Below the pieces are notes generated by a model. It was not told where the DNA came from and ran no database searches. It saw nothing but the letters and a program-made list of their open reading frames with translations. From Patescibacteria group bacterium UBA6017 (GTDB lineage Bacteria; Patescibacteriota; Saccharimonadia; UBA4664), in assembly GCA_002429485.1 (NCBI GenBank), contig DIZX01000015.1, positions 187,073-251,072 of the forward strand: 64,000 nt of DNA, written 5' to 3'. The translations under genes were made by a program, and so were the position numbers. Below are positions 58,550-64,000 of the stretch, in pieces; positions within the stretch are counted from its first letter, which is position 1, and every line of letters begins with the position of its first letter.

Positions 58550-59842
58550 ATGCGACGCTTACTACTCATCCTTTCCCTCGCCCTTGTTCCGTTTCAGGCG
58601 CTAGCCGTCACGCCCGCCACCAGCCATATCCTCAACTATCAATCTACCTTCTACGACCCCGCCGACACTGGCCAAACTTGCGGCAGCCCCACGAGCGGTG
58701 GCGCTCCCGCTGGCAGCGGCAACCCCAGCGGTACGCAAGTTCAACACGCTCAATCCATCATCGGTATTGCGAAAACCTTAAACATGGGCAAGCAAGGCGC
58801 TCTCATTGGGCTTATGGTTGCCCTAGCCGAATCCAGTCTTCAAAATTACGCCAATGACGGCTCATTTCAACCCAGCTATGCACCTTTAAAGGCAATTTCT
58901 GAAGCCCTTCCGCACGACGCCGTCGGCAGAGATCATGACTCCGTCGGCTTGTTTCAGCAGCGCGCGGTTGATGGCAGCTGGGGGCCAGTGAGCCCCTCCA
59001 AGGACCTGGCCGGAAACGTTAAATGGCTCATGACCCCAACCTATTCCGCCGAGGCCTTCTTTGCCATGCCGGCCGGGAAAGGTGACACCAAAGCCCTGAC
59101 GAACGTCTCTGGGTGGCAGACCATGGACCCTGCAGTCGCTGCCCAAAAAGTCCAGGCGTCAGGCGACCCTAGTGGCGGCAACTACCGACGTCAGCAGTCC
59201 GCCGCCGAAGCCCTATTAACTAAATACTATGACTCTTCGCCCGCCATAGCGCTCCCAGTACCATTGGCTAAGGGTGGCGGCGGTGGCGGTGGCGGCAACG
59301 GGGGATCGAGCGGAGGGACTGCGAACAGCTCATGCCCCGATACCTCAGCTCCTACCACCGGAGGCCCGATCTCGGGCTGCACCAACCCCATCACCGATCA
59401 TCGCTGGCAGCCCGCCCGAACAGATCAGGGCGTCGACTACGTCGAGAACGCCAACATCCCCGTCCGTGCCATCTGCGACGGCACCATAGTGGAAACCGAT
59501 GGCGGCGGCTGGCCGGGCGGATACTTTGTAATCATAAAAATGTCGGCCGGCCCTTACATAGGAAAATGCACCTTTGTTGCCGAACATCTCAGTAATGTAT
59601 TGCCCAAGGGCACAAAAGTGAAAGCCGGACAACAAATTGCCACCACCCTGCCGGGTTACCCCTGGACTGAATGGGGCTGGGCCGCCGGACCTCAGACCCC
59701 TAGCACGACGTATAATGGCGCCGCAGATGGGTCCTCTATGCCGGGAGGAAAAGCCTTTGCCCGTTTCCTCCGCCACCTCGGAGCCAAAACCCAACAAGAC
59801 CCCGGTCCTGGCCCCGAATACGCCGGCAGCAATTGTAATTAA
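58550..59842 (+). CDS. secreted cell-wall hydrolase candidate (VirB1-like): lysozyme-like domain, Gly linker, atypical M23-like domain
   Basis: signal peptide; ALAESSLQN...DHDSVGLFQQR...AQKVQAS; poly-Gly; DQGVDY...PVRAICDGTI...GTKVKAGQQIA. Confidence 0.7.
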   Translation: MRRLLLILSLALVPFQALAVTPATSHILNYQSTFYDPADTGQTCGSPTSGGAPAGSGNPSGTQVQHAQSIIGIAKTLNMGKQGALIGLMVALAESSLQNYANDGSFQPSYAPLKAISEALPHDAVGRDHDSVGLFQQRAVDGSWGPVSPSKDLAGNVKWLMTPTYSAEAFFAMPAGKGDTKALTNVSGWQTMDPAVAAQKVQASGDPSGGNYRRQQSAAEALLTKYYDSSPAIALPVPLAKGGGGGGGGNGGSSGGTANSSCPDTSAPTTGGPISGCTNPITDHRWQPARTDQGVDYVENANIPVRAICDGTIVETDGGGWPGGYFVIIKMSAGPYIGKCTFVAEHLSNVLPKGTKVKAGQQIATTLPGYPWTEWGWAAGPQTPSTTYNGAADGSSMPGGKAFARFLRHLGAKTQQDPGPGPEYAGSNCN

Positions 59843-59879
59843 CGTTTACTAATTTTCATTACGGAAAGGCCACAACACC

Positions 59880-60554
59880 ATGAATCCAGACTTCCCAGAC
59901 CAAACCAGCCCAGATCCAATGAAGCCAGCTTCAAGCCGCAAAAAAATAATCATCCTTGTAGCCCTCGGGGTAATCTGTCTAATCGGCCTATTAACCTTCA
60001 CGCAAAATCGATCCAAAAAAGTCTCTCAAACCTCGACAAGCCCACAACCGTCCAGCGTCGCTCACGCCACCTCCACCCCGCTTCCCGACCCTCATCCCGC
60101 TCGAGACGTTATTGCCTTAGTCACCAACTACGTACAAGCCCGAGAGAATTCCGTAGGAGCAGATCAGGCGACTCCGAATTCCTGGCTGGCCTCGGTTAAA
60201 CCAATTTCAACAACGGCCTGGTTTGCCGAGCTCCAACCCGGACAAAAAGGATCCGCCGGAAGCGCAACTGCCGAATTTAACCTGGCACACAACAACGACT
60301 ACATTGTCTCGGCCAATCTTAGTAAATGTATCTGGAATTTTAAGCTCGGCCTTCCCACCCCCAACGCCGGCGATATCTATTGCGAGCTCACCGACAGCAC
60401 CCTCTCCCGTTCCACGCAAGCCGTCATACCCGACGAGTCCCTACCGTTTGGCTGGAGCCACAACGGCGCACAAGCAGCGGTAACCCTCAAATTAATCAAA
60501 CAAAATGGCACTTGGCTCATCAACGACGACACTAGTGGCGCCGATCAGGATTAA
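59880..60554 (+). CDS. bitopic membrane protein closing the T4SS operon (possibly VirB8/TcpC-like)
   Basis: short cytoplasmic N-terminus, single TM, Ser/Thr/Pro stalk, LIKQNGTWLIND end typical of NTF2-like folds. Confidence 0.6.
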   Translation: MNPDFPDQTSPDPMKPASSRKKIIILVALGVICLIGLLTFTQNRSKKVSQTSTSPQPSSVAHATSTPLPDPHPARDVIALVTNYVQARENSVGADQATPNSWLASVKPISTTAWFAELQPGQKGSAGSATAEFNLAHNNDYIVSANLSKCIWNFKLGLPTPNAGDIYCELTDSTLSRSTQAVIPDESLPFGWSHNGAQAAVTLKLIKQNGTWLINDDTSGADQD

Positions 60555-60558
60555 CTTT

Positions 60559-60834
60559 CTACCCTCGCAGCTGTCCGATACTGATTGCCAGCCGCTTCGG
60601 CCGCTCACCAGCCAAATTCTCTACAAGGTTTAGCAGTTCCACCTGCCGCATCCGCAGCTCTCCCGCCACCCCCGCGCTGGGCGTCTCCAGCCGCAGTGTT
60701 CCCTGGTGCAGCTGCCGGGCCCGCACCTTCTGTGGGTACCAGTCGTCCAACACCTTTTGGATCCCCACCAGCACATCCTCACGGTCCATCCCCAGCTTCG
60801 CCCTCAAGCGTGCAAAATAATCCGGCTCAAGCAT
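60559..60834 (-). CDS. dciA: DciA/DUF721-family protein
   Basis: GTLRLETPSAGVAGELRMRQVELL pattern; directly downstream of recF. Confidence 0.65.
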   Translation of the reverse strand: MLEPDYFARLRAKLGMDREDVLVGIQKVLDDWYPQKVRARQLHQGTLRLETPSAGVAGELRMRQVELLNLVENLAGERPKRLAISIGQLRG

Positions 60835-61894
60835 GTGCTGCCTCCGTAGAAATAATTTTGTGAGCGGTCTTAAACTCCCGTGCGATAGCGTCAGCATCGG
60901 TCGTCGTCACCATCGTCTGATAACCTTCCAGCCGGTTGAGCAGGTACCCGCGCCGATATTTATCGAGCTCGCTAAACACATCGTCGAGCAATAGTAGGGG
61001 ACGCACCCCCGTGTGCTCCTCGGCATACCCCAGCTCCGCCAGCTTCATCGCCAGCACCAACGTGCGAGTCTCACCCCGTGAGGCCACCTTGGTAATGTCA
61101 TTATTTTTAAAGTAAATCCGAAAATCTTCCCGGTGTGGCCCAATCGTGGTAAATCCCGCCCCCAAATCCCGCGTGAGATTACGCGCCAATGCCTCCAGAA
61201 ATTCATCTTCATACACCCCCTGAACGCTTGGAATATACTCAAACCCCACCTCCACCGTCTCACCTGCAATATCCCGGTAGAGCAGGGGAGTGGCCCCCGA
61301 CAGTACCCGCAGCAGCTCTTGACGCTGACGGTATATTTCCACCGCCAATTCAGCCAACTTAATGTCCCAGGTAAATATTTGCTGCCGAATCCGCTCCATG
61401 TCGAAACCGTCCAGCAATGCGTTGCGTTGCTTCAGTACCCGCCGGTATTGCTGCAAAGTCGTCAAATAAGTCCGATCCGTTTGACTCAATAAAAAGTCCA
61501 GATACCGCCGCCGGGCCTCGGGCGCGCCCGCTACCAACTCCAAGTCGGTCGGTTCAAACAGTGTCACCTGGATCTGGCCTACGTGCCCCACCAGAGTACG
61601 TTTCACCCCGTCGTGAGTAATCTTTTTTTCAGTTGTTTCGCCGGCCGCGTAGCCAATCGCATACTCCGTGACGTCGGTATGAGCCACCACCCGAAAATGA
61701 TCCTGCCCGTGCCGCACCAGATCACGGTCCTTGGCTCGAAAGCTCTTCGTCGAGGCCAGCACGTACAAACTCTCCAGTAAATTGGTCTTGCCGCTGGCAT
61801 TCGGGCCCACCACTAACGTCACATCCGGATGCAGCTCAAACTGAGCCGTGTCGTACGAGCGAAAATTTGTCAGCTCCAAGCTCTGTATCCTCAT
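60827..61894 (-). CDS. recF: DNA replication and repair protein RecF
   Basis: NFRSY, GPNASGKTNLLE, GPHRED, ASRGE, LLLDDVFSELD. Confidence 0.96.
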   Translation of the reverse strand: MRIQSLELTNFRSYDTAQFELHPDVTLVVGPNASGKTNLLESLYVLASTKSFRAKDRDLVRHGQDHFRVVAHTDVTEYAIGYAAGETTEKKITHDGVKRTLVGHVGQIQVTLFEPTDLELVAGAPEARRRYLDFLLSQTDRTYLTTLQQYRRVLKQRNALLDGFDMERIRQQIFTWDIKLAELAVEIYRQRQELLRVLSGATPLLYRDIAGETVEVGFEYIPSVQGVYEDEFLEALARNLTRDLGAGFTTIGPHREDFRIYFKNNDITKVASRGETRTLVLAMKLAELGYAEEHTGVRPLLLLDDVFSELDKYRRGYLLNRLEGYQTMVTTTDADAIAREFKTAHKIISTEAAHA

Positions 61895-62054
61895 AGACTC
61901 ATTGTATCTGATTCAGATTTGTTTACCTCCCCAAGCATAACCTTGACAGAATTGTACATTTAAACTATTATATAACTTGAACGAGCGTGCGCCGGTACGC
62001 CATTCGTTATCTCACCCGAGATTGACAACCCAGTTCCCATTGGAGGGAAGAATC

Positions 62055-62672
62055 ATGACGCTCAGGTCGTTTTTTCGCACTCTGAAGCTTGTTGCAGCGA
62101 TCGGCGTCATCGCGACGCTAGCTGCTGCTTGTGCATCAGGTACCACCAAGTCTGTCGCGCCCTCACCGGCGCGATCAACTTCGGCTGCATCCGCCGAACC
62201 AGCTGCGTCGATTCCCAACCTCGCCCAGCTCCCGACGGATCGCGAGTGCCGCTTCATCTCCCAAGATGATGCAGCCAAGGCCCTCGGATACAACCCAGGA
62301 CTCCCGCACATCGACAAGTCTGGGGTCATCTCAGGCACCGCCAAACGGTGTGCGTTCGGGTCTCCGGCGTACTTCAACCCCAGGCCGTACCTCGACATCA
62401 GCTTCATGAAGTTCGCCTCACCGATGGTTGCCAACCTGACCCTCGGCCTGATTCGCGAAAATCTGATCGCGACCTACGTTCCCGGTACCGTCAAAGATGT
62501 CGCAATCGGAGATTCCTCCGTGTACATGCCCTTCACCGATGGTGGTACCAGCTACGTCTCCAGCCACGGCATGATCGTCATGATCCTGTACTACCGACGC
62601 GGCACTACCGCCGAAGGTAACAAGACCGTGCTCAACGACCTCGCACGAGCGGTGGTACGCCATCTCTCATAG
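62055..62672 (+). CDS. lipoprotein (DUF3558-like), inserted between dnaN and recF
   Basis: GGAGGG SD; lipobox LAAAC; Ser/Ala/Pro linker; ECRFISQDDAAKALG...CAFG; own TTGACA promoter at about 61943. Confidence 0.7.
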   Translation: MTLRSFFRTLKLVAAIGVIATLAAACASGTTKSVAPSPARSTSAASAEPAASIPNLAQLPTDRECRFISQDDAAKALGYNPGLPHIDKSGVISGTAKRCAFGSPAYFNPRPYLDISFMKFASPMVANLTLGLIRENLIATYVPGTVKDVAIGDSSVYMPFTDGGTSYVSSHGMIVMILYYRRGTTAEGNKTVLNDLARAVVRHLS

Positions 62673-62775
62673 CTCCAACTACGCCCCCGACGGGGCCCCC
62701 ACCCATCACAAGAAAGTGAGGCCACGTCGGGGGCCTCACCATGTCAACGCAATTATTTCGAATATTTAGTGGGTT

Positions 62776-63885
62776 TTAAGTCCGCAACGGCATCACAATG
62801 TGAAGATAATCATCCGTCGCATTTTCACCGGCCGGCGATATCACGCACGGGCTCAGCTTGCCGCTGATTGCCACCGTCACCATCGGGCTCTTCACCGCCG
62901 CCAACGCGTCCGTGAGGTATCGGGCATTCAGCGAAATTTCGCCGTCCTCACCATTAACTTCACATTCGGCCGACGACTTATTGCCGCCCACCTCGGAATC
63001 ATTCGACACCACACTCACTTCGCCCTCAGATTTGATTTCCAACCGAATACTGCCGGCGCTTTCCCTGGCAAATAAACTTGCCACCTTGGTAATTCGTGCC
63101 AGCTCTGCCGTGGCAATATCGAACGATGTCTCGGCGCTCTCGGGGATAATTCTCCGGTAAGGGGGAAACTGCCCCTCGATCAATCTCGACACTACCTCGA
63201 CGTCAGCGATTCTAAACATCACCTGGTTCTCATCCACGTAAACTTCCACGTCACCCTCTGCGTCGCCTAGAAGCTTCACCAGCTCTTGCATCGTGCGAGC
63301 TGGCACGAGGACTGAAAACTCCTTAGGAGCACCCTGGGGCAGCTCTATGCGCTTCTCAGCTAAGCGGTAAGAGTCGGTTGCCACAATAAACAATGATTCA
63401 TCTTCGATATACATATACACCCCGGCCAATACCGGCCTGGCCTCGTCCGCCGATGCCGCCACCACTACCTGGGCCAGCGCATCCCGAAATATCACCGCAT
63501 CCAGTGTCAGCGCGGGGTCGCTCGTGAGTGTCGGGATCAAGGGAAACTCTTCCGCCGAGATCCCGTTGATCTTCGACTCGTAATGAGGGCTCTTGACCGT
63601 CAATACGCTATCCAGCCCATGCAACTCAATATTGCCGTGGGGGAGACTTGATACAAACTCCGCGAATAGGCGAGCAGGCACGGTCAATGATCCCTGCTCC
63701 TCCACCTTCGAACCAATCCAATAATTAATCCCGATCTCGAGATTGGTCGCCGACAATCTCAATCGATTGCCGTCAGTAGCCAATAAAACATTCGCGAGTA
63801 CCGGTAGGCTAGCTCTGGTTGACACTACCCGACCAACGCTGGCGAGAGCTCGAGAGAGATTCTCCTGGGTTAAACTGAGTCTCAA
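62776..63885 (-). CDS. dnaN: DNA polymerase III beta sliding clamp
   Basis: LPVLANVLL, ATNLEI, RPVLAGV, VATDSYRL, SRLIEGQFP.Y, IVMPLR; GGAGG SD, TTG start. Confidence 0.98.
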   Translation of the reverse strand: MRLSLTQENLSRALASVGRVVSTRASLPVLANVLLATDGNRLRLSATNLEIGINYWIGSKVEEQGSLTVPARLFAEFVSSLPHGNIELHGLDSVLTVKSPHYESKINGISAEEFPLIPTLTSDPALTLDAVIFRDALAQVVVAASADEARPVLAGVYMYIEDESLFIVATDSYRLAEKRIELPQGAPKEFSVLVPARTMQELVKLLGDAEGDVEVYVDENQVMFRIADVEVVSRLIEGQFPPYRRIIPESAETSFDIATAELARITKVASLFARESAGSIRLEIKSEGEVSVVSNDSEVGGNKSSAECEVNGEDGEISLNARYLTDALAAVKSPMVTVAISGKLSPCVISPAGENATDDYLHIVMPLRT

Positions 63886-63924
63886 AACTTTTCCTCCCCT
63901 TACGAGCTTTTCTTCATTATACAG

Positions 63925-63978
63925 ATATTAATTAAAAGTAATCGTAGTAATCATAAGGGCTGTGGAAGATGGGTATAA
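63925..63978 (-). other. oriC unwinding module: tandem DnaA boxes, GC spacer, DnaA-trio-like repeats, AT-rich tract
   Basis: - strand reads TTATACCCA TCTTCCACA GCCC TTATGATTACTACGATTACT TTTAATTAATAT immediately upstream of dnaN. Confidence 0.75.
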
Positions 63979-64000
63979 GTCAGTTTATGGCTTACTGCTG

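Noticed and set aside
59272-59300. GGC/GGT repeat as a contingency locus
   Set aside because: In-frame mixed-codon poly-Gly linker.
45939-60554. Interpretation of the T4SS cluster as an ICE or conjugative element
   Set aside because: No integrase, relaxase or flanking att repeats; embedded among core genes as expected for the resident CPR T4SS.
34588-62714. Shared 11-mer CATCACAAGAA downstream of the ROK gene (34588-34598) and the lipoprotein gene (62704-62714)
   Set aside because: Many 11-mer matches are expected by chance in 64 kb, and the flanks do not align.

Overview
A 64 kb chromosomal segment, most likely from a Patescibacteria (CPR) genome and probably Saccharimonadia-like. This is inferred from gene content: a compact RpoD, MurE plus two FemAB ligases, a CPR-type VirB2-pilin/VirB6/PrgI/VirB4 cluster, and tRNA-Arg(GCG). 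The right end runs into the replication origin, with two DnaA-box-like 9-mers, a GC spacer and DnaA-trio-like repeats upstream of dnaN. The + strand looks C-rich by eye, consistent with the - strand being leading. Housekeeping genes include rpoD, dnaG, groESL with a CIRCE operator, valS, tsaC/tsaD, xth, recF, dciA, dnaN, comF and five tRNAs (all four Ser isoacceptors plus Arg-GCG). They are interleaved with biosynthetic genes unusual for CPR (purF, purM, pheA-like, tyrA-like, ridA-ilvA) and with singleton accessory genes, several resembling actinobacterial families. Highlights: (1) pervasive leaderless architecture, with a TANNNT -10 box 6-7 nt before the ATG in about 17 cases; (2) a leaderless Ile-rich leader-peptide attenuator before ridA-ilvA and a candidate Val-ending uORF/hairpin before valS; (3) a tRNA-cluster mini-island beside the T4SS encoding a pre-toxin-TG-like protein with a small partner and a His/Cys clan-CD-like protein, possibly a T4SS effector set; (4) a T4SS wall-hydrolase candidate whose M23-like domain has Asp/Glu in place of His ligands; (5) two structured tRNA-Ser 3'-end duplication elements. 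No CRISPR array, rRNA, integrase or transposase was seen. All family assignments are motif recognition by eye, not database results.
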